A program made the translations under genes and the position numbers. Of a DNA stretch of 64,000 nucleotides, positions 20,373-30,461 are shown in pieces (position 1 is the first letter of the stretch; every line of letters begins with the position of its first letter). This stretch comes from Desulfurococcaceae archaeon (GTDB taxonomy: Archaea; Thermoproteota; Thermoprotei_A; Sulfolobales; Desulfurococcaceae), in NCBI GenBank assembly GCA_038816475.1, contig JAWBAI010000007.1, forward strand, positions 1 to 64,000. Reading direction: 5' to 3'. The notes under the pieces are model-generated. The model was not told where the DNA came from. It was given only the letters and a program-made list of their open reading frames with translations, and ran no database searches.

Positions 20373-22316
20373 CTATCTGGGTAACACGATAATAGTAGAC
20401 CTCGTAGCTCTAAACGGTGCGTACTCACGTCCTGATCCGTCGTAAAACTTCGTTAAGAATTCTAGCATGCAGAGTCTAAGCGAGTGAACAAATGCTCCTA
20501 GCTGTGCAAGCACCAATACAAATAAGTGTGCCAGTATGAGTAGCGGAGTAGCAACCATTAATCCCAGTATACGGAGATTCCCGAAGTATCCATACAGCAT
20601 TTCTATCATGAAGTTGAATGCGAGCGCCATGTAGTAGGTTGCCATGCCTACACCTGCTAGTCGAACGTAGCTTAGTACGTCTCCCAGTAGGCCAGTTATC
20701 TGAAAGATCCACATGAGAAGACCCAACGCTTTCATGTTCATTATGCTACCTGCAATAATCATTGAAACCCCCGCAGTCACACCTGGCCAGATTACTATCT
20801 CAGGCAGATCTCCTATAACGGGAACTCTGTACCCCAGGAGCTTCTCTAGTATTAGGGGTATACCGAACACCTCCGAGATGAGAAGCCCCAGCTCAACTAG
20901 AGAATCAGCTAGTTTTCTTTCACCAAGAAACCTCACTGTAGCCAATACATGAGCTATGTTCACATGAACTAAACCCACTATCAAAGATAGCTTTATGAAC
21001 CCCAGTGGATCAACAACATCTTTAAATAGTACTGGTAGCTTTAGGTTAAAGAACCTGAGGAAGTCGCCGAATAGAGTTCCCGAAAGCAAACCAACAACGA
21101 GTGCTACAGTGTTCGAAACCAGTAAAACACCCTTGAACTCCCTGTAATAAGGTGAATGCGGATTTTCAGCAAGTTTATCGAGTACTACGAGTACAGCGAG
21201 CAGTCCTAATAGTGCGTAGCCTGCATCAGCGTTCATCAGCCCAAAGAAGAACGCAAACGAATAGGCTACAAGTGGTGTAGGATCCCACTCCCAATACCTT
21301 GGAACTCCATAGAGCCTGGTAATAACCTGGTAGAAGCTTATAATAGGCTTGTTCTTCATGAGTGTTGGAGGATTATCGCCTGGCCCGGGGTCTCTAAGCT
21401 CTACGAACACTGGGAGATCCGTTTTACGAAGCTCCGATAGTAGAACGCTGGCTTTCTCAGAAGGGATCCAACCCTGGAGACTGGATAAATACCTGTACTC
21501 GCTTAACCTTGAGAAAACCATGTACCTGCTCAGTTCATTGTTTACGAAGAGCATGTATTTACCGAGTATTTCGAGGTTGGATCTCACGAGCTCAACTAAT
21601 CTGAGCTCAAGATTGTTAAGCTCCTTAGCTACAACCTCCAGCTCAGCTTTTACTCGATCCTTAACACATTTAATATCCCTGCAACCCTGTAGCATTTGAA
21701 CAATAACGTGTGGAAACCATCCATTAACAGACCTTAGTACCTCGATATAGTCCTCGAAATACTCACTGTCAATTACGGTGATAACAGCATCCAAGTCCTC
21801 GTTTACATTATAGACCTTGTAGAACTTAACGTAATCACGCACTACTAAGCGGTCAACGTACTCTCTTCTGCAGACTGCAAGTAGCGAGGATATATGTTTC
21901 CCCCTGTAGTAGAGCATCTGAGGGTCAATGGTTTGTGGAACCTTATCTAGTGTAGACCTTAGTAGCGTGAGATCATCATGCTTTCTCCTGAGTTCACCTA
22001 TTTGGGATTCCAGAAGCTCTATTTTTGTTAGTAGATCTTTTACGTCGTTCTCGATCTTCTCAATGGATAGTGCGAAAGCTTCAGCATCGTAGAGCTCTGC
22101 TTTCACAAGGGTTACTTTGGCTTTAGACAAAATGCTCATGATCTGATCGCGTAGTTTCCTCAGGCGCTCGTACTCCTCGAGAATTCTCGTGGACTCAACC
22201 GGTTCTACGTCGACAACTCCTATGTTCTGAAGTACCGTGAGAACCTGACTACTGTAATCGTGAGGGCACGCCACGATAACTTTTTTCATGCTCGCGGGCT
22301 TGCTCAGGAGGATCAT
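20373..22316 (-). CDS. atpI: A-type ATP synthase subunit I (a)
   Basis: PPTL, YGVP..WDPT, GDVLSYVRL, HSLRL..LEF.TKFY. Confidence 0.95.
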   Translation of the reverse strand: MILLSKPASMKKVIVACPHDYSSQVLTVLQNIGVVDVEPVESTRILEEYERLRKLRDQIMSILSKAKVTLVKAELYDAEAFALSIEKIENDVKDLLTKIELLESQIGELRRKHDDLTLLRSTLDKVPQTIDPQMLYYRGKHISSLLAVCRREYVDRLVVRDYVKFYKVYNVNEDLDAVITVIDSEYFEDYIEVLRSVNGWFPHVIVQMLQGCRDIKCVKDRVKAELEVVAKELNNLELRLVELVRSNLEILGKYMLFVNNELSRYMVFSRLSEYRYLSSLQGWIPSEKASVLLSELRKTDLPVFVELRDPGPGDNPPTLMKNKPIISFYQVITRLYGVPRYWEWDPTPLVAYSFAFFFGLMNADAGYALLGLLAVLVVLDKLAENPHSPYYREFKGVLLVSNTVALVVGLLSGTLFGDFLRFFNLKLPVLFKDVVDPLGFIKLSLIVGLVHVNIAHVLATVRFLGERKLADSLVELGLLISEVFGIPLILEKLLGYRVPVIGDLPEIVIWPGVTAGVSMIIAGSIMNMKALGLLMWIFQITGLLGDVLSYVRLAGVGMATYYMALAFNFMIEMLYGYFGNLRILGLMVATPLLILAHLFVLVLAQLGAFVHSLRLCMLEFLTKFYDGSGREYAPFRATRSTIIVLPR

Positions 22317-22618
22317 TCTGTTCTCAGCCCTGCAACGTACTCTACTATTAGTCTCACGGCGTGCTCCATTCTCTGTTTAGCCTGAGACTTCAGCTCATCC
22401 GCTTTCTTCCTGGCATTCTCGATTATTCTCTCGGCTTCTCTCCTAGCTTCGTTGACAATGTTCTCGGCCTCTTTCTTGTACTCATCGATGGGTATGGGTT
22501 TTCTCAGTAGCTCCTCCGCGGTAGCTCGTGCCTTCTTCAGTATTTCATCTCTCTCTGCAATAGCTCTAGATATTATGGCTTCTACACGCTTGTCAAGTTC
22601 TTCTAAACTACCACTCAT
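22313..22618 (-). CDS. atpH: A-type ATP synthase subunit H (G), peripheral stalk
   Basis: Ala/Glu/Arg-rich coiled coil immediately upstream of atpI. Confidence 0.75.
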   Translation of the reverse strand: MSGSLEELDKRVEAIISRAIAERDEILKKARATAEELLRKPIPIDEYKKEAENIVNEARREAERIIENARKKADELKSQAKQRMEHAVRLIVEYVAGLRTE

Positions 22619-23048
22619 TAGTAAGCCACCCAGATTCTCCTCCTATGATTCGTGGACTTAATAATATGGTGGTCGTAGTTCTAAGAATCCTTCTGAGTTC
22701 AAGCACTTGCGGTCTGTAAAGCACCAGGGGTTTTGACCAGGAATTCAGGTTCAAGACTTGAACAAGAGCTTTTATCGACGGTTCATCTTTAACCACGTAC
22801 AGTCCTTCTCCTTCGGGAATGTACTCGATGACAATTGGTAGTTTAAGACTACAGTCTCCGTGAACAACGTTATTGAGTAGCTCAAGTTCTCGCGGATCAA
22901 TCATGTGAACAGCTCCATCAAAAGTACGCACGTGGGGCACTTCCGATTTCATGAGCTCACATATAGATAGCCTCTCTCTGGGTGCATGTCTGTTCGCAAT
23001 TCTCAGCTCCTCTCTTAGGAAGACCTCTAAGAAGTCAGCTTCACTCAA
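22608..23048 (-). CDS. DUF61 (UPF0216) family protein
   Basis: N.HAPRER, PHV...DG..H, LKLPIVIE, LRRILRTTT pattern. Confidence 0.75.
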   Translation of the reverse strand: MSEADFLEVFLREELRIANRHAPRERLSICELMKSEVPHVRTFDGAVHMIDPRELELLNNVVHGDCSLKLPIVIEYIPEGEGLYVVKDEPSIKALVQVLNLNSWSKPLVLYRPQVLELRRILRTTTTILLSPRIIGGESGWLTNEW

Positions 23049-23692
23049 GTGGACCCCCTGGACTCGAGAATATACTTGATACGCTTTAGCCTAGACTTTT
23101 CCTCTCTCTCCCTCTCATCGAACTTTAACTGAAGAGCTCTAATAACGCTTCGGAGCCTTGGTATAATAATGTACTGAAGAGCGTTAGCCTTTCTCTTTGT
23201 AGCCACAAGCTCCCTGCCTATCTCTCTAAGAGCATACTCGGCTCTTGCAAGGGCTATGACAGCATCTACGAAGGCTCTACACTGATCCGTGAAGTCTTCT
23301 AAACCACTTGGAAGCATCTTGTCTGAGTACTTCAGTACTACGCTTTTGACTTTAACACCCATAACGTTCTCTGTACCCACGTATACAGTGGGTTTCGGTG
23401 AAACTTCAGCAAGGTAATCCGATGCGGAAGGCCCGTACAACCCTAGTACGCCCAGTGCTCTCTTGTAAACCAAAACTGAGCTCTCTTGAACTCTTCTTCT
23501 TAGTTCAACAGCTTCCCTTATTCTAGACATGTACTCGTTAGCCAGGACTACAAGTCTTTCAGTGAGTATTCTGTGTACTCTTACGCTCGTAATCAACCTT
23601 CTTCGAAGCCTTATAAGCTCTATCTTGGTTGGTCTAACTCTCGTAAGCATAGACATTGTTCTTCTCCTGAGCCTTAGGTAAGTACTTACCAA
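23045..23692 (-). CDS. atpD: A-type ATP synthase subunit D
   Basis: PTKIELIRL, NVMGV, TKRKANALQYIIIP, EREREE..RLK; real start probably near 23654-23648. Confidence 0.95.
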   Translation of the reverse strand: MVSTYLRLRRRTMSMLTRVRPTKIELIRLRRRLITSVRVHRILTERLVVLANEYMSRIREAVELRRRVQESSVLVYKRALGVLGLYGPSASDYLAEVSPKPTVYVGTENVMGVKVKSVVLKYSDKMLPSGLEDFTDQCRAFVDAVIALARAEYALREIGRELVATKRKANALQYIIIPRLRSVIRALQLKFDEREREEKSRLKRIKYILESRGST

Positions 23693-23703
23693 AGGTAGAA
23701 ACT

Positions 23704-24075
23704 CTAGTCAAGTTTAATCTTTTTCATGGTTGATGCGTCAATAAGGCTGAAAATGTGTATGTTGAGTGTGTTTTCTCCTTTACCTACGTAGTAGAGCGCA
23801 TATACTAAAGGTGCTTGGGAATCCTTCTCGTAGACACCAACTACCATTAAGTTTGCGCACAAGGGTTCACTCGGTAGTAAACGACAACCATCATCCTTGA
23901 GTACGGATGCCTCTAATCCGTAAGGCTCTAGTACTTCGTTCAAAATGAGCGAAAACCTCTCGTTGAAGAAGTCAAGTACTATGTCCATGAGTTCCCTGAG
24001 AGCCCAGCCACTAGGACCCTCGATCACTAGTTTGAATTCGAGAAGTCTTCTTAGAACCTTAGGTTCCAAGCTCAT
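23704..24075 (-). CDS. Hypothetical protein
   Basis: 123-aa ORF overlapping the NUDIX stop (ATGA coupling). Confidence 0.65.
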   Translation of the reverse strand: MSLEPKVLRRLLEFKLVIEGPSGWALRELMDIVLDFFNERFSLILNEVLEPYGLEASVLKDDGCRLLPSEPLCANLMVVGVYEKDSQAPLVYALYYVGKGENTLNIHIFSLIDASTMKKIKLD

Positions 24076-24638
24076 ACTAGACCAGCCTCCTTCATTGACT
24101 TGTAGAGCATTATTGCGAGAGCAGTCTTCATATCGGTCACTTGGTTGCTTAACACCATTCTATACGCATCTTCAATCTTCACCTGAAAAGGCTCTATTAT
24201 TTCGTACCTCTCTGGTTTTGCTCCAACATACTCTAGGTCGTATGCTACGTAGAAGTGTAGAACCTCACTACTATATCCAGGTGCTGGAGTGTACTTTCCA
24301 AGCTTCACAAGTTTACGCGGCTTGTAGCCGATTTCCTCTACTAGTTCACGCACAGCCGCCTCATCCGGTGTTTCACCTTTATCCACAACACCAGCTGGAG
24401 CTTCAACTATGAAATCGTTGAACGGTGCTCTAAATTGCTTGATCAGCACCAGGTAGTCGTCAATTACAGGTAGTACGACTACGGCTTCAGGGAACACCAC
24501 TACATCGCGTTCGAAGATTCCTTTAGTACCAACGTATCTTCGTCTAGTAACGAGGAATCTTAACCCTTTGAACAGAACTCTTTCATCAATGAGACTTGGT
24601 GATTCCAAGATCTCGGACCCCAGAGCTATAAGTATCAA
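24072..24638 (-). CDS. NUDIX hydrolase (ADP-ribose pyrophosphatase-like)
   Basis: PAGVVDKGETPDEAAVRELVEEIG Nudix box, QFR, PG. Confidence 0.92.
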   Translation of the reverse strand: MILIALGSEILESPSLIDERVLFKGLRFLVTRRRYVGTKGIFERDVVVFPEAVVVLPVIDDYLVLIKQFRAPFNDFIVEAPAGVVDKGETPDEAAVRELVEEIGYKPRKLVKLGKYTPAPGYSSEVLHFYVAYDLEYVGAKPERYEIIEPFQVKIEDAYRMVLSNQVTDMKTALAIMLYKSMKEAGLV

Positions 24639-24667
24639 TCTTGAGAGAATAAATACGGAGAACGAGT

Positions 24668-25546
24668 ATGCCTAGGTACTGGTTTGGTCCAGCTGGAAAA
24701 CCCATTACGCTCAAGTCAGCGGACATACTCAAAGCCCCTTCGTTTCTAAGAGAAATGGGTCTTAACGCAATGGAGTACGAAGCCGTAAGAGGAGTTAACA
24801 TACGGGAGGATAAAGCTAAAGCCTTTGGACTAGAGGCTAGAGCCAATGGCGTAAAGCTGAGTCTTCATGCACCCTACTTCATAAACCTTGCTGGCAGAAA
24901 AGACGTGGTCGAAGCAAGTATTCGGAGACTCAATGAATCAGTTGAAGCAGCTAACTGGATGAATGCTTACGTTGTGGTATTTCATCCTGGATACTACAAG
25001 GATGCACCCAGCAGAAGGGATGCTTTGAGAAGAGTTATCGAGAACCTTAAACCAGTTGTAGAGCATAGAGTCCAGATAAACGCACGTGGTGTTTGGCTAG
25101 GTCCTGAGACCACGGGGAAAACTAGTCAAGTGGGCGAGTTGAAAGAGATCATAGAGATATCGAGGAGCCTTGATGGTGTTAGACCCGTTGTAGACTTCGC
25201 TCACATATACGCTAGGAGTGGTGGAAAGTACATAACCTCAAGAGATCACGTGTTAGAGGTTATAGATACCATTGAAAAAGAGCTTGGATCGTGGGCACTA
25301 AAGCCCCTTCATGTACACTTCTCCAAGATAGAGTACGGCAAGGGAGGTGAGAGAGAGCATCACACTCTCTCCGAGGAGGGCTATGGGCCTGACTTTGCGA
25401 TCGTTTGCTCAGTGCTCTGCGAACACGGTGTAGACGCTGTCATCATAAGCGAAAGTCCTGTGCTAGAGCAGGACGCTGTAGTCATGATGAAGATCTGCAA
25501 GGAAGTGTGCGGTGAAAACTGCATTGTTGAACAAGTTGCGGAGTAG
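24668..25546 (+). CDS. nfo: Endonuclease IV (AP endonuclease family 2)
   Basis: HAPYFINL, FHPG, ETTGK, DFAH, HVHFS, HH, SESP. Confidence 0.92.
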   Translation: MPRYWFGPAGKPITLKSADILKAPSFLREMGLNAMEYEAVRGVNIREDKAKAFGLEARANGVKLSLHAPYFINLAGRKDVVEASIRRLNESVEAANWMNAYVVVFHPGYYKDAPSRRDALRRVIENLKPVVEHRVQINARGVWLGPETTGKTSQVGELKEIIEISRSLDGVRPVVDFAHIYARSGGKYITSRDHVLEVIDTIEKELGSWALKPLHVHFSKIEYGKGGEREHHTLSEEGYGPDFAIVCSVLCEHGVDAVIISESPVLEQDAVVMMKICKEVCGENCIVEQVAE

Positions 25547-26096
25547 AGCAGAGAGATTTTTGCACAACGTTGTAAAACCGCTCTCTAAAACACATGTTAC
25601 TCCTAACGCTCTTACAGCTACTTCCCTGGTTGTAGCTATTCTCGGTTATGCATTGGTAGTTTACACTGGATTAGGCACTCTACTAGCATTGGCAATTATG
25701 CTATCTGGTTTCATAGACGCTATTGATGGAGCAATGGCGAGACTAACGGGGAAAGTAAGTAGAAAAGGCGCGTTTCTGGATTCGGTTGTGGACAGAGTCA
25801 GCGAGGCTGTGTTTGCTCTCGCCTTTGTTGAGCTGGGGTTTAATTCACACATTGTTCTCATCTACCTTGCATCTTCGATGATCGTGAGCTACATGAGAGC
25901 CAAGGGAGAGAGTCTGGGTCTTAGCTTATCCGGGGTAGGCTTGATGGAGAGAGCAGAAAGACTCATTGCACTAGCAGTAGTGGCTATTCTCGCTGATATA
26001 AACCACGTAGTAGCATTCGCGCTGTACATTGCTTTTACAGCAATGGTTGTTTACACAGCAGCTCGGAGGTTTGCGTATGCGTGGAAAACGCTTTGA
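25512..26096 (+). CDS. CDP-alcohol phosphatidyltransferase (archaetidylinositol phosphate synthase-like)
   Basis: DAIDGAMAR...GAFLDSVVDR motif; SYMRAKGE, ERAER. Confidence 0.9.
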   Translation: MKTALLNKLRSRAERFLHNVVKPLSKTHVTPNALTATSLVVAILGYALVVYTGLGTLLALAIMLSGFIDAIDGAMARLTGKVSRKGAFLDSVVDRVSEAVFALAFVELGFNSHIVLIYLASSMIVSYMRAKGESLGLSLSGVGLMERAERLIALAVVAILADINHVVAFALYIAFTAMVVYTAARRFAYAWKTL

Positions 26097-26117
26097 GAAC
26101 ACGGAGACATGAACTAT

Positions 26118-28148
26118 CTATGTTATAGCAGAGAGGTCGTAGTGACCAGCAAGCGGCAGGGGTGTTCTGAACGTCACGTAGCCTAGTCTTAGAACATGAC
26201 TCTTCAGTACACCGACTCTATCGCTTGCTCTCGTGATGAAATCCCTGTACTCAGCTGGTAAGTCCAGGGTTGATAAGTGTGTTTTATCTGTTCTTAGAAC
26301 GATCTTGGTATTAGTTAGTTGGAGTATTATGTCGTGAACATCCTTTGGACTATGCGTGCTGAACACTAAGCCTAGTTTTCTCGATCTACCTAATCTAGCG
26401 ATTCGATCTATCATTCCAGATACGTGCTCCAGGTACTCTTCAACACCACTCCTGCTCGGGAAAAACCTGTGAGCCTCGTCTATGAAGATCAAGATGGGTT
26501 GAGTTTCGAACTTAAACCTGCTTTGAACAAGCTTCCATTCGAATACCTTGTTTAGTATTCGAAACGCTACTATGCTAATAGTCTTCTCGGGATCAGCCTG
26601 CGAATGTATCTGCAGAAACTCGAGGTCTACGACAACGGGGTAGCCGTTGAACTTTTCAAAGTGCTTTTCAAGAATGTAGTCTATGGGTGGTTCACGCAGG
26701 TATTTGTCACCATGCCCTTTCACGTATACATCGAAAATACCAGTATCCGTTATAGCAGCGATCTGTCGAATCATGTTCTCAAGAGTGCTCTTGTGAATAG
26801 CTAGATCTTTAATTACCTCTACAACGTACTCCTTGTTGGGGTCTAGGACAACCCCACGTGGTCTAGCTTTCTCCTCGATTCTGAATCTTGCTTCCTTTAG
26901 AGCCTCGTACAGGTCGTATATAGTTTCTATGTAGGCGTTTTTCTGCTTGAGCGCGTACGTCAACCTTAAAAGAGCATCCTTCGCTTGCCTAGTAAAGTAA
27001 GGGTTGAGTGCTACGAGCTCCTTTGGCTTGAAATCAGTGTACCTCAGCGCGTAGGGAACTATGTAGTAATGAACAAGGTCCTTGCAGTAGCCGTAGTTAA
27101 CTTCTACTGCGGCTTTCACAAACCTAAGAGTACTGTCTCCCACAGGCTCCTCTACAACTTCGAGCTCGGATATCGTATAACTCCAGTTGAACTTTCTTGT
27201 GATCGGAGACAGTATGCTGTTTATGTAGTCCTCTGCAAGCATCTTCAGTACACGAGCCCAGTTTTCGGCTTTCTCAACGTACTCTTCTACAACGGTTCTA
27301 GTAATGGGAAGCAGTACTATTAGACCCGATAACCCCGGAATGCTACTGGCGATTTTCTCGGAGATCACGTACTCGTCGTCCCGCGTGAAACCGGATACTT
27401 TCCACAGTGGCTTAAGCGTCATGGTTACGTAGTCCTTGTTAGGATCAATTACTATTAACGAAACTCTCGCATCAACGAGCTTGTATCTGGCGATTATAGA
27501 TGCGATCATGTTTTTAAGCAGAGTTGTTTTACCACTACCCGTTGTTCCAACCACTAGCACATGTTGGTAAAACGCTTTTAGTGGAAGAAAGAGTTGAGCG
27601 TTCCCTTCGAAGATGGGCGTATCGCCTACCGTTACATACCCGAGGAAAACCCCTTCGCTTGGTAATCCGAGAACACTCTGTATAGCACGAGGATCTCTTA
27701 GTATCACAACCGGGCTCTGAGGTTCAATAACGTAGTTTGCAGCTGTTACTTCACCGGTTTTAATGTTGAAGGCTAGTAGAGGTTTTGCTTTTATTCTAGT
27801 CTTGGTGAGTAGTCCTGAGACCTCGTTGTAGGGTAAAGGAGTGTACATGTCCGGGAGATCCAGCTCCGCTAGTATATCCCTGCGTTCAACGCTGATCACC
27901 TTTAGGCTTATCAGGCAGAGGGTTTTTATGTCTACAACACCGAGGTGCGAACCAGCCTGAGCCAGCGTTTGGAAGTTTGAAAAGTACACTACAGGATCTA
28001 CATCGAAAACTACATACCCTCCTTCTTCGTTAATGAGCGAAGGACTGGTCCTGGAAACAAAACCCACTATTTCCCCAAGGGAAGCGGCAATTTCGAAGGC
28101 AGCCTTGGACTTGTCTTCGAGAGTTTTAAGTATGTCATTCGAGCTCAA
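26118..28148 (-). CDS. herA: HerA-like ATPase/helicase
   Basis: HVLVVGTTGSGKT Walker A, FIDEAHRF Walker B, RIARLGRS; N-terminal HAS-barrel-like region. Confidence 0.88.
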   Translation of the reverse strand: MSSNDILKTLEDKSKAAFEIAASLGEIVGFVSRTSPSLINEEGGYVVFDVDPVVYFSNFQTLAQAGSHLGVVDIKTLCLISLKVISVERRDILAELDLPDMYTPLPYNEVSGLLTKTRIKAKPLLAFNIKTGEVTAANYVIEPQSPVVILRDPRAIQSVLGLPSEGVFLGYVTVGDTPIFEGNAQLFLPLKAFYQHVLVVGTTGSGKTTLLKNMIASIIARYKLVDARVSLIVIDPNKDYVTMTLKPLWKVSGFTRDDEYVISEKIASSIPGLSGLIVLLPITRTVVEEYVEKAENWARVLKMLAEDYINSILSPITRKFNWSYTISELEVVEEPVGDSTLRFVKAAVEVNYGYCKDLVHYYIVPYALRYTDFKPKELVALNPYFTRQAKDALLRLTYALKQKNAYIETIYDLYEALKEARFRIEEKARPRGVVLDPNKEYVVEVIKDLAIHKSTLENMIRQIAAITDTGIFDVYVKGHGDKYLREPPIDYILEKHFEKFNGYPVVVDLEFLQIHSQADPEKTISIVAFRILNKVFEWKLVQSRFKFETQPILIFIDEAHRFFPSRSGVEEYLEHVSGMIDRIARLGRSRKLGLVFSTHSPKDVHDIILQLTNTKIVLRTDKTHLSTLDLPAEYRDFITRASDRVGVLKSHVLRLGYVTFRTPLPLAGHYDLSAIT

Positions 28149-28176
28149 AGGATACTACCCCATAGTAGGAATTGTT

Positions 28177-29355
28177 CTAGAACACGCTAATATACTGCAT
28201 AGTTGCTTCCTGAGTTAAACCCGTGAGGTAGAGAACATAGTTTGCTATGGAGCCAGAGAGCTTCTTTACCCTCTTATCGACAACGAGTATACTGAGAGGA
28301 ATAACGGAGCCCGTGTAGATGCTATCGTATACGACGTAGCCTAGGACATTCTCCGTGTACATGTCATCGAATACTTCAACACGGTAGAAAACGTAGTTTC
28401 CAAATCCACCTCTAAGTGGGTATATTCTTCTTGATACACCTATGTACCAGATTAACCTGTCAACCCCATACTCGTGCTTCTGTTTTACAACTAGTGGTCC
28501 AAGGAGCACGTGTTCTCCCTGTAGGTTTTTCTCGGAGATGAGGAGTGTACTGAGGTAGGCTTCATCGTTCATTTTACCACGTGAGATGCCAGCTGGATCT
28601 ATCGAGGATAGAATGTAGCTTTTATGCAATCTCTTAACTACCGAGATAACAACTACACCGTTCTTTGCAAGCTTCATCAACGTAAGTACTCTGCTTTTAT
28701 TCATGTGCTCAATGCTCTTCACGTAGATTTTTCTCTCGTGAACTGGAATGGCTGGTTCAGGTGATATCGATGTTGAGTACACTAAGGGACCATCAACAAG
28801 TAGTACTGTACCATTACTCGCCAGACTACTTCTGCTGAACTCTTCAAGTAAACATTGTTCTACGCTAAGCCTTAGTTCATTCAGTATAGCGAACTTGTTA
28901 TAGTTACTTGTATAGGGAACTCCAAGAGGATTGCTGTGCAAAACGCCAGGTTGCGTTGCCAGCTCCTTAAGTATGTTGTCGAACTTTTCTACCTCGGGTA
29001 CGATAACTACGTGCTTGCACAGAGGTTCTTCTAAACCCAGTATTGACATCACGCTGGGTACATCAAATGCTCTACCTGTGAACCTGCTGAACAAGCTACC
29101 GGATGCTATGGCCATGAACAGGTAAGATGACTCAATAACCCTCGAGCTACTATCCAGCGCAAAGATGTCAACTTCTGGTTTTCTTGGTTCAACGTTGAGC
29201 TTCTTTAGAAAGGGTTTTTCAACAAGATCCACTTGCTTGGGGTGAGCCTCGTCCAAGAGTTCAATGAGATTCGCAGATGAATCCTCGCGTGTAATACGCG
29301 CACCTTCAGTTATGTTTTTCCGAAGCATATCAACTATATCGGAAAGGTATTTCAA
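28177..29355 (-). CDS. nurA: NurA-domain nuclease
   Basis: FALDSS, LLVDGPL, SVVKR motifs; directly upstream of herA. Confidence 0.82.
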   Translation of the reverse strand: MKYLSDIVDMLRKNITEGARITREDSSANLIELLDEAHPKQVDLVEKPFLKKLNVEPRKPEVDIFALDSSSRVIESSYLFMAIASGSLFSRFTGRAFDVPSVMSILGLEEPLCKHVVIVPEVEKFDNILKELATQPGVLHSNPLGVPYTSNYNKFAILNELRLSVEQCLLEEFSRSSLASNGTVLLVDGPLVYSTSISPEPAIPVHERKIYVKSIEHMNKSRVLTLMKLAKNGVVVISVVKRLHKSYILSSIDPAGISRGKMNDEAYLSTLLISEKNLQGEHVLLGPLVVKQKHEYGVDRLIWYIGVSRRIYPLRGGFGNYVFYRVEVFDDMYTENVLGYVVYDSIYTGSVIPLSILVVDKRVKKLSGSIANYVLYLTGLTQEATMQYISVF

Positions 29356-29408
29356 CCTTCTTTCCCGTATTTAATGATACAGTTTAAAAGCAGAATATGT
29401 AAACCGTA

Positions 29409-30449
29409 TTGCTCTCGGCATCGGGTGCTTATATGTCTAGTAGAAAAAAAGTTTTAGTACTTGGAGACTGGGATTCTGATGGTGTTATTTCAACAGCGCT
29501 CATAGAGTACACTCAAAAGCATCTTAAAAAGTATCCGCTCGAGGAGGACGTAGAATTTCACAAGACACCCGTAGACCCTGACAGGGTAAAATACATTCTA
29601 TCGCAGATTAAAGACAACTACTATGCAGTAGTGTTCCTTGATGTACCGTACAGTGACACTCTTGGAAACATCGTAAAAATGCTTAAACTCCACTTCGGTG
29701 TTCAGCAGGTCATATTCGTCGACCACCACATAGCTAGTTTGCACAGGGTAAACGAGGTGAAAAGCAGCTTCGACGTAGCAGTAGTGGACTTCAGAAAACC
29801 AACAGCCGCCTTGCTCTACGATGAGCTCGTATCAAAGGGTATAAGGGTTCACGATAAGCTTAAACTGTTTGTTGAAGTGATAAAGTACATGGACTCTGGG
29901 AAGAGAGTACCCAGTAATCTTCTCAAGTTGTTCGAAATGGCTAAGAACATTTCGAAAGCTCTTACAGCTATTAGAAATGAAGAACTGTGGTGTAGGATCG
30001 TGGAGTGGTTGGCCGATCCGTCTCCTTCGCCCATGCCCCTGGACGAGTCAGTATGGAGTATTGCAAAGAAAGTCGTGGAAGAGCGGGATAAGGAGATTAA
30101 AGATGTAGCAATGAACCTTGCAGTAAGTGCTGTTAAGGTCGGTGATCTAAGGTTTGTGGATGCTAGGTACACGTGGAAGAAAAGAGGTGTTACAGCACTA
30201 GCTTCTAGACTTTCGCTCATACTAAAAGCACCAGTAGCGCTTGTTGCGGGAACGAACAGGGAGTACGCATTGCTAATACTAAAAGTACCAAATGGTAGAG
30301 CGTACAGAATAGCAAAGTACCTCTTGGCAGAAGGCATAGCGCAGGATATAGCAGGACACCCCAATCTAGCGATCGTTAGAATCCCCAAGAACATTGATAA
30401 GAAAACCCTCATAGATGCTTTATACCAGGCTCTTTACTACGCTTCATGA
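29409..30449 (+). CDS. DHH-family phosphoesterase
   Basis: GDWDSDG, FLD, VDHH, AGHP; likely start at MSSRKK. Confidence 0.85.
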   Translation: MLSASGAYMSSRKKVLVLGDWDSDGVISTALIEYTQKHLKKYPLEEDVEFHKTPVDPDRVKYILSQIKDNYYAVVFLDVPYSDTLGNIVKMLKLHFGVQQVIFVDHHIASLHRVNEVKSSFDVAVVDFRKPTAALLYDELVSKGIRVHDKLKLFVEVIKYMDSGKRVPSNLLKLFEMAKNISKALTAIRNEELWCRIVEWLADPSPSPMPLDESVWSIAKKVVEERDKEIKDVAMNLAVSAVKVGDLRFVDARYTWKKRGVTALASRLSLILKAPVALVAGTNREYALLILKVPNGRAYRIAKYLLAEGIAQDIAGHPNLAIVRIPKNIDKKTLIDALYQALYYAS

Positions 30450-30461
30450 GGTTGCATATCA

